Assembly (NCBI GenBank): GCA_964607155.1
Contig: CAZSIF010000007.1
Coordinates: 21,808-85,807 of the forward strand
Length of the DNA stretch: 64,000 bases
Source: an uncultured Oscillospiraceae bacterium
Lineage (GTDB): Bacteria > Bacillota > Clostridia > Christensenellales > CAG-314
Direction of reading: 5' to 3'
Below the pieces are notes generated by a model, which saw only the letters and a program-made list of their open reading frames with translations, did not search any database and had not been told where the DNA came from. The stretch's first letter is position 1. Each line of letters opens with the position of its first letter. This document shows positions 33,650 through 43,750 of this stretch, piece by piece. Both the position numbers and the translations under genes were made by a program.

Positions 33650-34603
33650 TCAGCAAAGTTTTTTGCTAACCGTTACGCCGTCGCCGATACGGTACAGCGT
33701 TGTGCTGAACTTGGGGTTATGCGTGATATCGTCCAAAAACGCACGCATATTGCGGGCAACCGTTATGTGTTTGTGGCGTTTATCATCGGGGATATTTTCC
33801 ACCAAGCCCTTGTACAAAACGTTATCGCACACCAGCGTGCCGCCAACCGCAAGCACGTCCGTTAGGTAGGGCAAAAAGGTTTCGTACTGCCCCTTGGGAC
33901 CGTCCAAAAAAATCAAATCGTATTCGCCCGTGAGCTGCAACACAATCTGCCTTGCATCGCCCACAAAGATGTTAACCCTATCGTACACATCGGCTTTTAC
34001 AAAATTTTGTTTTGCCAGTGCCGCCAAGCCCTCGTCCATTTCCATCGTGTTTAGGGTGGCGTGCGAACTTGCCATAAGCATGATAATTCCGCTGTATCCC
34101 ACCGCCGTGCCGATTTCCAAAATACGCTTGGGTTGCGCCGCCTTGACCGTTTTGTACAGCAAGGCTCGCGCGTCGTCCAACATAACTGGAATGTACCTTT
34201 GGCGAGCAAAACTTAGTATCTGCGCCAACTCGTCGTTGACGGCATCGTCAATGTTGTTGGTTAATTCCACCCCACAATCGACAGTGTTGCCAACAGCACT
34301 GCCGCGACAAACAGTCGATGACGCTTTTTCGTCAAAATCAATACCGTTCAGTTCCACATCACAACCGACAGCATTGCCGTCATTATCGTTTGCGCCAACG
34401 CCATTATCAAGGGTATCGCAACCAACGCCACAACCACCGCAAGCGTTCACGCTATCGCAAACGGCAAAACTATTGCCATTGCCAACGCACTTGCCATCAC
34501 TTACGCCACCGCAAGCACTGCTTGTTGCACGTTCGGCAGAGTTGCCATCGCCGCCCACGCTCACGCCAACGGTTGCCAAATCGTCTAAATCAATGCCGCT
34601 CAT
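33650..34603 (-). CDS. O-methyltransferase (TrmR/YrrM-like) with low-complexity N-terminal extension
   Basis: ILEIGTAVGYS, DLIFLDGPKGQY, DNVLYKG, IGDGV; ~120 extra aa at the N-terminus. Confidence 0.85.
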   Translation of the reverse strand: MSGIDLDDLATVGVSVGGDGNSAERATSSACGGVSDGKCVGNGNSFAVCDSVNACGGCGVGCDTLDNGVGANDNDGNAVGCDVELNGIDFDEKASSTVCRGSAVGNTVDCGVELTNNIDDAVNDELAQILSFARQRYIPVMLDDARALLYKTVKAAQPKRILEIGTAVGYSGIIMLMASSHATLNTMEMDEGLAALAKQNFVKADVYDRVNIFVGDARQIVLQLTGEYDLIFLDGPKGQYETFLPYLTDVLAVGGTLVCDNVLYKGLVENIPDDKRHKHITVARNMRAFLDDITHNPKFSTTLYRIGDGVTVSKKLC

Positions 34604-34605
34604 TG

Positions 34606-37032
34606 TTACACTTCCATAACGACGGGCAAAACCATCGGGTTACGTTTTAGCTTTACGCGGAAATATTTGCGCACACAACGCTGTATTGCCGTCTTTATTG
34701 CGCTTACGCTTGGGTGCTCGCCGAGAATGTTGTTGAGTTCATCGGCAACAAGTTGCTTAACTTCGTCGGCAGGGTTATCCAGCGAGGTATCGCCGGCAAA
34801 AAAGCAACCGCGAGAAACGACTTCCGGCGCCGAGGCAAGCTTGCCCGTGCGCTTATCGATGCCCACAACGCAAACCAAAATGCCCTCTTCGGCAAGCGAA
34901 AGCCTATCTTTGAGCACGATGTTGCCCACGTCGCCCACGCCAAGACCGTCCACCATGATACTTCCGCTAACAACCTGACCAGCCACCTTGAAAGTGTTCT
35001 TGTCCATTTCCACGCAGTCGCCGATTTCCGGAATGATAATGTTGGCTTTTTTGTGCCCTAACTTTTCCACAAGCATAGCGTGCTGCTTCAAGTGGCGATA
35101 CTCCCCGTGAACGGGGATAAAATACTTAGGCTTAACAAGCGTGTAGATGAGCTTTAACTCTTCCTGACAGGCGTGCCCCGAAACGTGTACTGCGGACAGC
35201 GCCGAATACACAACCACTGCGCCCAAACGGTACAGCTTGTTGATGACGGAATACACATCGCGCTCGTTGCCCGGGATTGGCGTTGCGGAAATTATAATTG
35301 TATCGTTGTTGCCGATTGTTACCTTGTTGAACTCGCCGCTTGCCATACGCGTGAGTGCGGACATCGGCTCGCCCTGACTTCCCGTGGACAAAATTACCAG
35401 CTTGCCGTCCTCTATCGAACCAATTTTGTCGATATCCACAATCATATTTGCGTCCACCGACATCTGCCCGACGCGTACTGCCGTTTCAATGTACTTTGCC
35501 ATACTTCTGCCGGAAATGGCAATTTTGCGCTTATATTGGCGTGCAAGCTCGATAATCATACCAAGCCTATCCACATTTGAGGCAAATGTGGCAATAATTA
35601 TGCGCCTACCCTTTGCGTCCTGAAAGACCTTGTTTATTGTATCTTCCACAACCGATTCGCTCATTGTGTAGCCCGGCTTTTCCACGTTGGTGGATTCGCT
35701 CATAAGCAGCATAACGCCCTGTCTGCCGATTTCCGCAATGCGGTTTAGGTTCATTATCTCGTTGCCAAGCGGCGTGTAGTCAATTTTGAAGTCGCCCGTG
35801 TGGAATATCGTGCCCACCGGCGTGCGCAAGCAAATTGCCACCGAGCCTGCCACCGAGTGAGAAACGTGGATAAACTCCGCAGTGAAATCGGCAAGCGACA
35901 CCACCGACTTATCCGAAACGGCAACCAAGTTAACGTTATCCAAAGCGTTGTGCTCCAAAAGTTTGTTTTCCACTAAACCCAACGTGAGCTTTGTGCCGTA
36001 CACGTCTATCTTGCCGCCAAGCTTACGCGCGATAAACGGCACTGCGCCGATGTGGTCCTCGTGTCCGTGAGTGAGCAAAATGCCCTTGATTTTGTGGCGG
36101 TTTTCCACAAGATAGGTTACGTCCGGAATAACCACGTCCACGCCGGGCATATCCGTGCCGGGGAAGGTCATTCCGCCGTCGATAATAACTATGCTGTCGC
36201 CGTACTCGAACGCCGTCATATTTTTGCCGATTTCGCCCACGCCGCCAAGGAAAATTATTTTCAGTTTTCCGCGCAGCGGTTGGTAATGCAACGGATTACG
36301 AACTAACTCGTCTGCCAATTCTGTTTTACTGCTGTTTGCAAGATTTTGTTGCTTCATAGACTTGCCTCCACGTTCCGTCTTATTTGAAGAAGCCGCCGAA
36401 GGCTTTTGCCCACGACCGTCCTTTTGCTTATCCTTGCCCTTTTTGTTACCTTTTTTTGCGCCGACAGCGTTTGCCGCGTTTTGACTACGATTGCCGCTGT
36501 TGGCTTTATCCTGCTTGTTGCCCGATAAGCTGTTGGTTGCAACGACCGAGTTGGTTGTGTTTTGTTTACGGCTAATGTCGTTAGCCTCATTTTTTTTGTT
36601 GCCAGATAGGCTGTTATTTGCGCCGACCGAGCTTGCCACCGATTGGTTACGGCTGTCGTTATTTGTTTTGTCCCGTTTGTTTTCAATTAAATTGCCGATT
36701 GCAGCGACCGAGCTTGTTGCGTTTTGGTTACGATTGCCTTTGTTAACCTTGTCTTTTTTGTTGCCTAACAAGTTATTGGTTGCGGCAACCGGGTTTTTTG
36801 CAGCCTGATTGCGACTATTGTCAGTTGCCCTCTGTTGATTGCGACTATCGGAATTGACTTCGCCAACGTTATTGTTGACAGCCTTTTTGCTCACACCGCC
36901 GCCCTTTTGTTTGGGCGCGCGCTCGCCTTTGTTAGGCTTGCTCCCCACGCTTGCAGACGACGTTAGCGACAAAATGCTTGAACCGCCCACATTTAGCGTA
37001 TCGGAGCTGTTGTTTGTATTCTTTTTTTTCAT
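34606..37032 (-). CDS. rnj: ribonuclease J with long repetitive N-terminal extension
   Basis: LGGVGEIGKN, THGHEDHIG, HTGDFK, TGSQGEP, HVSGHA, PVHGEYRH; ~245 extra N-terminal aa. Confidence 0.93.
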   Translation of the reverse strand: MKKKNTNNSSDTLNVGGSSILSLTSSASVGSKPNKGERAPKQKGGGVSKKAVNNNVGEVNSDSRNQQRATDNSRNQAAKNPVAATNNLLGNKKDKVNKGNRNQNATSSVAAIGNLIENKRDKTNNDSRNQSVASSVGANNSLSGNKKNEANDISRKQNTTNSVVATNSLSGNKQDKANSGNRSQNAANAVGAKKGNKKGKDKQKDGRGQKPSAASSNKTERGGKSMKQQNLANSSKTELADELVRNPLHYQPLRGKLKIIFLGGVGEIGKNMTAFEYGDSIVIIDGGMTFPGTDMPGVDVVIPDVTYLVENRHKIKGILLTHGHEDHIGAVPFIARKLGGKIDVYGTKLTLGLVENKLLEHNALDNVNLVAVSDKSVVSLADFTAEFIHVSHSVAGSVAICLRTPVGTIFHTGDFKIDYTPLGNEIMNLNRIAEIGRQGVMLLMSESTNVEKPGYTMSESVVEDTINKVFQDAKGRRIIIATFASNVDRLGMIIELARQYKRKIAISGRSMAKYIETAVRVGQMSVDANMIVDIDKIGSIEDGKLVILSTGSQGEPMSALTRMASGEFNKVTIGNNDTIIISATPIPGNERDVYSVINKLYRLGAVVVYSALSAVHVSGHACQEELKLIYTLVKPKYFIPVHGEYRHLKQHAMLVEKLGHKKANIIIPEIGDCVEMDKNTFKVAGQVVSGSIMVDGLGVGDVGNIVLKDRLSLAEEGILVCVVGIDKRTGKLASAPEVVSRGCFFAGDTSLDNPADEVKQLVADELNNILGEHPSVSAIKTAIQRCVRKYFRVKLKRNPMVLPVVMEV

Positions 37033-37342
37033 AAAACCTCAATAAAAAATGCGAAAAAACAATCTATATAGATTGTGAGAAAAAATTCAGTTGCGTGTAA
37101 TTACGTCGGAACGGCACGACACCACCTTTTTGGAACATCGGAAAAGCCATATTCGTATTCTTTTTTTTCAAATCTCAATAAAAAGCAATACAAAAACACT
37201 CCGCAAAGGTTTGCGACCGACCATTCGACTATGTGTATTTACGTCGGAACGGCACGTCCGCCGTCCGAAAAATTTCAATTTGTATATAATTTTGCGCAGA
37301 TTTACTTGCTCGTAAACCTTGTTGCAAAACTTCCCTACATAT

Positions 37343-37371
37343 ATATTACCATAAAACCGTCAAACAGGCAA
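37343..37371 (-). promoter_or_regulatory. putative sigma-A promoter of the rnj operon
   Basis: minus strand TTGCCT-17 bp-TAATAT with a TG extension. Confidence 0.5.
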
Positions 37372-37474
37372 GCAAAACAATACGCGCAAAATGAGCGGTT
37401 GAGGGGAGATAAAAAACGTACATTAAATGGCGGCAGAAAAATCTGTCGCCATTGAGATAGCATTTTAATTGTGC

Positions 37475-37682
37475 CGCCCCGTAGATTCTGCTTCGGCTCA
37501 CGCCTTGCACTGCTGCGCAGTTCGACTTCGCTACGCTCCGCTCAGAATGACATTTCGGGGCGCAATTCCAGCATTAAGGTGTTTTTTATGATACATTTCT
37601 GCACCGCACCTTAGATTCTGCTTCGGCATTCGCCTCGCACTGCTGCGCAGTTCGACTTCGCTACGCTCCGCTCAGAATGACA
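37475..37682 (-). repeat. two copies of repeat module A
   Basis: AGATTCTGCTTCGG...CGCTCAGAATGACA twice. Confidence 0.9.
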
Positions 37683-37732
37683 TTTGGGGCGGTTAGCGCA
37701 AAAACTCGGCTGAAAACACGCCGTTCCAAGCA

Positions 37733-38698
37733 CTATGCCTGTTTGTGCGTGCGTTCGTAGTGGTCGGTGCCTTCGATTGCCAATCTGCGGCAAAAATACG
37801 GCAGTCCGTGCGCCTCGTAGTACTCGCACAAGTTCACGCTTTTTATGACAAAAAACAGCAAAAACGACAGTGCCGCGGATAAAAACGACGCCCACACGGT
37901 ATTATCGATAAACAGCACGGACACAACCACAATTCCTGCCATCACGGTAACGATTACAAGCGTTTTGAAAAACACACTCCAAAAACGCTCGAACACCTTG
38001 GATAAGCCGTATCTAAACGCTTTGCCCGTCGGCAAATCCGTAGTGGCAACCGACGGCAGCGCAAAGGCAAACAGCGTTAAGCGCGCCGAATACAGCACCA
38101 GCGCAAGCAGCGAAACGGGCACTATCGCCCACCAGCTCAAAACCAGCGAAAACATCAGGTAAAAGCCCGTGCAGCCCAAGATTATGAGCGCGTCGAGCGG
38201 CACGGTGAACAGCATTTGCAAAAGCGCAAAGCCCCAAGTTTCGCCCTGCTTTTTGAAGAAGTACCAAGTGAACGGACGGCTTGCATTACTGCACATAAAC
38301 TCGTCCAGTTGGCACTCCGCCGTGACGTCGGTGAGCGCAATCAGCATGCGATACATGGCAACAAGCGCCACTATTATGAGTGCCGTCACGTTAATATCGC
38401 CAATCTGCGCGGCGATATCTGCCACTTCCTGACTGACGCTGCGTATCAAATTGCCAAGCCCTTCGGCAAAGGCGTTTGCGTCAAACGTACGGTCGGCAAT
38501 GGAGCGTATCGTTCCGCTCAAAAAATCGGTAATATTACCGTTTTGCAGCAACGCCACAAGGTCGCCGATTGCACCGCCCCAAAAGCTTGAAATAATCGCA
38601 AGGCACAGCAGATACATCACGACCTGACAAAACAGAGATTTTAACAGAACCTTCCAATTGCAAGCCGCAACCGAAAGGGCTTTTCCGAATACTACCAT
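37733..38698 (-). CDS. hypothetical multi-pass membrane protein
   Basis: 321-aa ORF with 5-6 TM helices and a GGAG RBS. Confidence 0.7.
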   Translation of the reverse strand: MVVFGKALSVAACNWKVLLKSLFCQVVMYLLCLAIISSFWGGAIGDLVALLQNGNITDFLSGTIRSIADRTFDANAFAEGLGNLIRSVSQEVADIAAQIGDINVTALIIVALVAMYRMLIALTDVTAECQLDEFMCSNASRPFTWYFFKKQGETWGFALLQMLFTVPLDALIILGCTGFYLMFSLVLSWWAIVPVSLLALVLYSARLTLFAFALPSVATTDLPTGKAFRYGLSKVFERFWSVFFKTLVIVTVMAGIVVVSVLFIDNTVWASFLSAALSFLLFFVIKSVNLCEYYEAHGLPYFCRRLAIEGTDHYERTHKQA

Positions 38699-38710
38699 AA
38701 GCCAAGCTCC

Positions 38711-39538
38711 TCAACCGAAAATCAAGCGAGAAATATCCTTGCGCTCGCGCCCGATAAGCTCATAGTACATGCTAAACGCCACGCAGGGGATATAGGTTAC
38801 AAAAAACAGGAAAAACAGCGAAAAGGCAATCGCCGAAAACAACGCGTTGCCCACCAATCCGCACAGTATGCACACAAGCAGCTGCCCGACGGAAAACGAC
38901 AGGCTCAAAAGCGCAACGTGTTTGCCGTCCTTGTTGACAATTCTTGCAGAGTAGCTCAACGCCACGTTGAAGGGATAGTTATCGCAATAGCGTATCGGGA
39001 ATGCGCAAATAAGCAGCACAAATACATACGCCAACAGCGTGTTGATTAAAAAATACAGCACGGTGCACACAAAGCCGAGCAACACCACGTTAGCGCCCTC
39101 TTGGCACAGCAACAGCGCAATGCCCACCGGCAAAAAGTCCAGCGTTATGCTGCACAGATACATCACCGCTATGTACAATAGCATCATCGGGAACAGCGAA
39201 AACACCTTTTTGAGCGAAATTACGCCCAGTTCTCCCATGCGCATATGACGTGAAATGCGCACGGCAAAAACGCTTTGCGTAAGGGACATGCCCACCACCA
39301 AAACGAACGGAATCCACCAACCGCCGTTGCCGTACTTGATGACGGTAAAAGACCTTGCCAACTCCGATACGAACGTGGACGAATCGACGTCGCCGCTAAA
39401 CAGCCGTGAAACAAAATTCACTTCCGACGCGTAACTGGCAAAAAAGCCGTGGAAAACCGCAATGGGCAGCGAAATTAAAATCAGCCGCCACAAATTGCGA
39501 AACATATATGAAATTGCCGACCTGCTTTGAAGCCTCAT
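38711..39538 (-). CDS. hypothetical multi-pass membrane protein
   Basis: 275-aa ORF with about 6 TM helices and a GGAG RBS. Confidence 0.7.
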   Translation of the reverse strand: MRLQSRSAISYMFRNLWRLILISLPIAVFHGFFASYASEVNFVSRLFSGDVDSSTFVSELARSFTVIKYGNGGWWIPFVLVVGMSLTQSVFAVRISRHMRMGELGVISLKKVFSLFPMMLLYIAVMYLCSITLDFLPVGIALLLCQEGANVVLLGFVCTVLYFLINTLLAYVFVLLICAFPIRYCDNYPFNVALSYSARIVNKDGKHVALLSLSFSVGQLLVCILCGLVGNALFSAIAFSLFFLFFVTYIPCVAFSMYYELIGRERKDISRLIFG

Positions 39539-39895
39539 TGCATATTCTCCAATTATATTTTTTCTTAATTATACATCAAGTCTACAAAAAATTCAACCGT
39601 TTACCACTCTTATGCGCATCAAAGGCGCAAGCTTTCTACACAACACGACGTATCAAGACGGTTTTCGACAAAATACGTCGCAACACAAAACTTTTCGACT
39701 TAATGCAACGTAAAGCGATACAACCAAACGCAAACTATTGTTGTTTTACAAAAAACTACGCAATCGAAAGCTTTTCGACAAACCCCGACATATCAAAACC
39801 ACTTTCGACCATAACCCCTAAAAACCAATTGTTCACTTCAACAACCGATGAAAGCCAACACTTTTCTACACAACACGTCGCTAATCGACAAAATT

Positions 39896-40825
39896 CTACG
39901 CAAGTTGCGCGTCAATATAATCGGTGAATTGGCTATAATAGCTGCCCAGTTGATTGGACAAAAAGCTATCCAGCGAAAGGACGTATTGCGCCTCCTCCTT
40001 GCTCCAATGCGTAAGGGCAAAATCGCAGCAAACGTAGTATTTTTCCGTGTATCGCTGCTGCTCCACGCCGGACGTTCCCAACTCGGCAAGCAGCCGCGAC
40101 GCATTAAGTTTGCGCGTGTACTCCTCCTGCTTTGCCTGCTCGATAAACTTTTTGCACCCTGCCTGATACCTAACTTCGCGCTCGTCCAAGCCGGCGTTGT
40201 ATTTTTGGTTGGCAAGCCGTTCCTTATCCTGCTTGGCGGAAAGCGAATTGTATTCCTCCTCGACAAGGGCAAGCCTGCGCTGCTCCAACGCCGCAAGGTC
40301 GGCTTGATGTTTGGTTTGCAAATTAGTCTTTTTATCGTCCAGCAAGGACTTTTCCGCCGCAAAATCGGTGTTTTGCTCCACAACGGCGGCATTATACTCA
40401 TCCAAAAGCTTCTGCTGCGACGTGCTCACCGCCGATGAAAACATCAAATGGGCGTTTACCAACCGCGCGTATTGCTTTTTCCAACCGACGGTATAGTCGT
40501 AAAGCAGTTGCGCCTTTACTTTCCTGTCCTTTTCCGCAAGTGCAGACTGCGCCTCGCTATTGGAATTTAGCCCCGAAAGGTACGTTGCAACAAGCTTGTC
40601 CTTTTGCGAAAGGTAGGTCGGCTGCACGTTTTCCGCCGCAATAGCCCTAAGCTCGTCCTCTGTCTTTTCGGCAAACGGAATATGCTCCAAGCCCAAGCTC
40701 GGCGGCAAATCCACCTGCGGCAAAACATAGTTGAGCGTGTATTTATCGTCGATGCTCGCCACGCACTGTTTAAGCTCGGCGTATTCGTTAATAAGCTCGG
40801 TTGTTCGTTCCGACGTGATACTCAT
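39896..40825 (-). CDS. coiled-coil protein, possible internal virion/ejection protein
   Basis: 309 aa, helical and E/K/Q/A-rich; ATGA-coupled to the upstream gene; function inferred from position only. Confidence 0.5.
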   Translation of the reverse strand: MSITSERTTELINEYAELKQCVASIDDKYTLNYVLPQVDLPPSLGLEHIPFAEKTEDELRAIAAENVQPTYLSQKDKLVATYLSGLNSNSEAQSALAEKDRKVKAQLLYDYTVGWKKQYARLVNAHLMFSSAVSTSQQKLLDEYNAAVVEQNTDFAAEKSLLDDKKTNLQTKHQADLAALEQRRLALVEEEYNSLSAKQDKERLANQKYNAGLDEREVRYQAGCKKFIEQAKQEEYTRKLNASRLLAELGTSGVEQQRYTEKYYVCCDFALTHWSKEEAQYVLSLDSFLSNQLGSYYSQFTDYIDAQLA

Positions 40826-42060
40826 AGGTTAACCTCCTTGCTGTAATAATAGCCGCCCAAAACCACATCGCGTATGCTCGAATTGCCGTGCAGTGTGATT
40901 TTGCAAGTAAGCAACTTTCCGTACAGATATATCGGCATAGCATAAAATGTGCCGTTCTGCTCCAATGTGATTTCCGCAAGGTTCTTATCCGTCTTGATGG
41001 TCAACGTCGCTTTGCCGTCCAACGTAAAGCCCACGCTGTTAATAAATCTCTGTTGCGTTACGTCCAACAAAATGGGATTGCTTGTCCACACCGATTGGTC
41101 GGCGCTGTTGGGCAAGCTGTTTGCGGCATACAGTTTGTTTAGATGCACGCAATAAAGCTGACCAAAGCTATCGAACAGCTGCCGCGCCGATTGCTTTACG
41201 CAAAAAAGTATTTTGCCGTCGATGTAATCAAAGCCGTAAATGCTGCCCGTAAGGTCTTTTTCACGCAAAACGTACAGGGCAACGCAATCCGCCGACTGAA
41301 CAAGAATGCTGTGCGTTACGCCACGAAAGCGTTCGTCGGAAAATATCTTTTTTATCTCCTTGCCCTTTACGGAGTACAAGCCCGACCTGCCGATATAGTA
41401 TATTCTGCTGCCCAACGCAAGGGGCTTTTCCGTAACGTTATCGACGCCGCATGCGGTTTTTTCCACGGAAAGCTCCGCCACGTCGCAATTAAAATTTACG
41501 CAAAACAAGTCGCCTGCAAACACCCACAGCTTGCCGCCGACGGCACAAATGCCGCTGATGACCTTTTCAAACGGAATGCTGCCGCCGCCATCGTCCGCGT
41601 CGAAGGACGACTTGTTGATGTCGCTAAAATACACCGTCTTTCCGTTAAAGCCGCACAGACGGTAGCCGCATATCGTCATGCCGTAAAGGCGCAAATCGAA
41701 AAGCTGCTCGCTATCGTCGCCGTCGTACCTATACACGCCGTTTGTTTGCGATGTGGCAAACAGGTGCTCCGTTTCGCCATCGTAACAGAATGCGGCGTCC
41801 TCGCAACCGCCAAAGGTCGGCAAAATGGTCTGCGTGCCGCTTGGCAGCTCAATTTCAACGCCGCTATCGGTCACGCGCAAAACATCCCACTTGTGGTTTG
41901 CCGCCGAATACGCCGCGCCCACTTCCACAAAACGCATGCTTGGGGATAGCGTTCCGTCCACCATTTGCGCGTTTTCCAACCCGTCTGACGATTCTACGCT
42001 ATCAAAATTAAGCTCGACGTGATAATACTGCTTATTTGTTTTTGCGTTGCCGACCGACAT
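40822..42060 (-). CDS. putative tail nozzle / DNA stabilization protein (P22 gp10 / T7 gp12-like beta-rich fold)
   Basis: beta-strand-rich; VYFSD, IYYIGRSGLY, WTSNPI patterns; follows the adaptor; AAGGAGG RBS. Confidence 0.55.
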   Translation of the reverse strand: MSVGNAKTNKQYYHVELNFDSVESSDGLENAQMVDGTLSPSMRFVEVGAAYSAANHKWDVLRVTDSGVEIELPSGTQTILPTFGGCEDAAFCYDGETEHLFATSQTNGVYRYDGDDSEQLFDLRLYGMTICGYRLCGFNGKTVYFSDINKSSFDADDGGGSIPFEKVISGICAVGGKLWVFAGDLFCVNFNCDVAELSVEKTACGVDNVTEKPLALGSRIYYIGRSGLYSVKGKEIKKIFSDERFRGVTHSILVQSADCVALYVLREKDLTGSIYGFDYIDGKILFCVKQSARQLFDSFGQLYCVHLNKLYAANSLPNSADQSVWTSNPILLDVTQQRFINSVGFTLDGKATLTIKTDKNLAEITLEQNGTFYAMPIYLYGKLLTCKITLHGNSSIRDVVLGGYYYSKEVNL

Positions 42061-42602
42061 CACAGCCACCTCCTTACGGGCATACGATTGCAATGCGACC
42101 TACAACAAGCTCGCAAAGCGTCCTCGTAGCGTTGCCGCCAAAGCGAATAGCCGTTGATATCCCCTGCCGCTTGCAAGTACTCCGCCACAACACCGTACAC
42201 CACAATTCGTGCCGATATCTGCGGCGTGGGCAATGGCAACTCCTCGTTCCACTCCGCGCCGACGCTCTGCCGCGAATAGCACAAATTGAGCTTGCCCTTT
42301 TGCTCCGTGATAAGCCCGTTTTGCGTATACTTAAAGGGCACGTCGCAACCGTAACCGTCGGTGAGCGAAAGCACCTTGCCAAGCGGCAATGTTGACGTAT
42401 CGATAAAGCCGTCAGCCGCCTCGACCACCGTTTTGCAAACGCTTGCGGCGTACTCTCGGTACAACTCGTCCAGCACCAGATTGCAGCAGTTAACCAACAG
42501 CATGACCGTCTTATCCGATTGCGTTGCCGCGTCGTCCAAGTCGGACGGAAGGGTTATGCCGCAAAGCTGTCCGCAAAGTTTTACTATTTGTTTAAGCTTC
42601 AT
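42060..42602 (-). CDS. putative head-tail adaptor (tail tubular protein A-like)
   Basis: 180 aa helix-beta-helix layout (MKLKQIV...LLVNCCNLVLDEL...IVVYGVVAEY...RYEDAL) downstream of the capsid gene. Confidence 0.6.
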   Translation of the reverse strand: MKLKQIVKLCGQLCGITLPSDLDDAATQSDKTVMLLVNCCNLVLDELYREYAASVCKTVVEAADGFIDTSTLPLGKVLSLTDGYGCDVPFKYTQNGLITEQKGKLNLCYSRQSVGAEWNEELPLPTPQISARIVVYGVVAEYLQAAGDINGYSLWRQRYEDALRACCRSHCNRMPVRRWL

Positions 42603-42886
42603 AAAACCTCCAATAATTTATTTGTGGCAGCTTGTGCCGCCTGCTCGTCCAGCCGATTGTTGTGCTGCTCGATTTCCGCCACTACGCCGTTAATATCGTT
42701 GCGTGTGCGCCAAGCGTAATCAAGCGTGCGAACGTCCAGCTCGGAAAAGGGTACAATAAAAGCCCTGCTCCCACGCTTGAACACCTCGTATCGACTGCGA
42801 GCCGTGTTATAAAAAAGACGGTATTCGTCGTCCACCGCCTTAAGTCTTTCGGCAATGCCGAACAAATCGTTTGTGATTTCTATCAT
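42599..42886 (-). CDS. small hypothetical phage-cluster protein
   Basis: 95 aa, ATGA-coupled to the adaptor gene, has an RBS. Confidence 0.65.
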   Translation of the reverse strand: MIEITNDLFGIAERLKAVDDEYRLFYNTARSRYEVFKRGSRAFIVPFSELDVRTLDYAWRTRNDINGVVAEIEQHNNRLDEQAAQAATNKLLEVL

Positions 42887-42962
42887 TTGATTTTTACCTT
42901 GATATGCCCCGTTGATTGTGATTTAGGTCATTTATTCCATTGCCTATGAGCACATTATTTTG

Positions 42963-43567
42963 TGTCATCCTGAGCGAAGGACGAAGTCCGCAGTCGAACC
43001 CGTTAGGGCGATGCAACCACCACCGCCCCCTTAGATTCTGCTCGGGGTAAACCCTCGCACTGCTACGCAGTTCGACTTCGCTACGCTCCGCTCAGAATGA
43101 CATAGGGGGCAGCAGCACACTACCGCACTGCCAACCCAACGTGACAATACAACCACCACCGCCCCTTAGATTCTGCTTCGGCATACGCCTCGCACTGCTA
43201 CGCAGTTCGACTTCGCTACGCTCCGCTCAGAATGACATTAGGGGCGAAAAGGTTGCCATGTCGCATTTCCGCAATTCAAGGCTCCCTTGTGTAAAGGGAG
43301 CTGGCAGCTGTGCTGACTGAGGGATTGTTCTATTATACATATCCACACGTTCCAGTGTCATCCTGAGCGAAGGACGAAGTCCGCAGTCGAACCCGTTAGG
43401 GCGATGCGGTAGCATCGGGATCTGCCCTTTATGAGGTAAAGGCAAGCGGCAAGCAAAAAACCTACCGCCTGCAATCAAATGCAACCCACCGCCCCGTAGA
43501 TTCTGCTTCGGCATTCGCCTCGCACTGCTACGCAGTTCGACTTCGCTACGCTACGCTCAGAATGACA
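42963..43567 (-). repeat. composite repeat cluster inside the phage-like cluster (A-B-C-A-A-partial B on the minus strand)
   Basis: same modules, between the capsid gene and the 95-aa gene. Confidence 0.9.
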
Positions 43568-43750
43568 TTGGGGCGGTTGGTGCAAAAAAAGTGAATTTAC
43601 ATATAAATCGTTAACGTCGTTGCTAATGTCGCAGATTGCGGTTCACAATGACATTGTGGGCGGCAGCACTCTACCACACTGCCAACCAAACATCATTGTG
43701 CAACCGCTTACCGCACTGCAAATTTTACTTCACAGCGCAAAAGCACAAAT

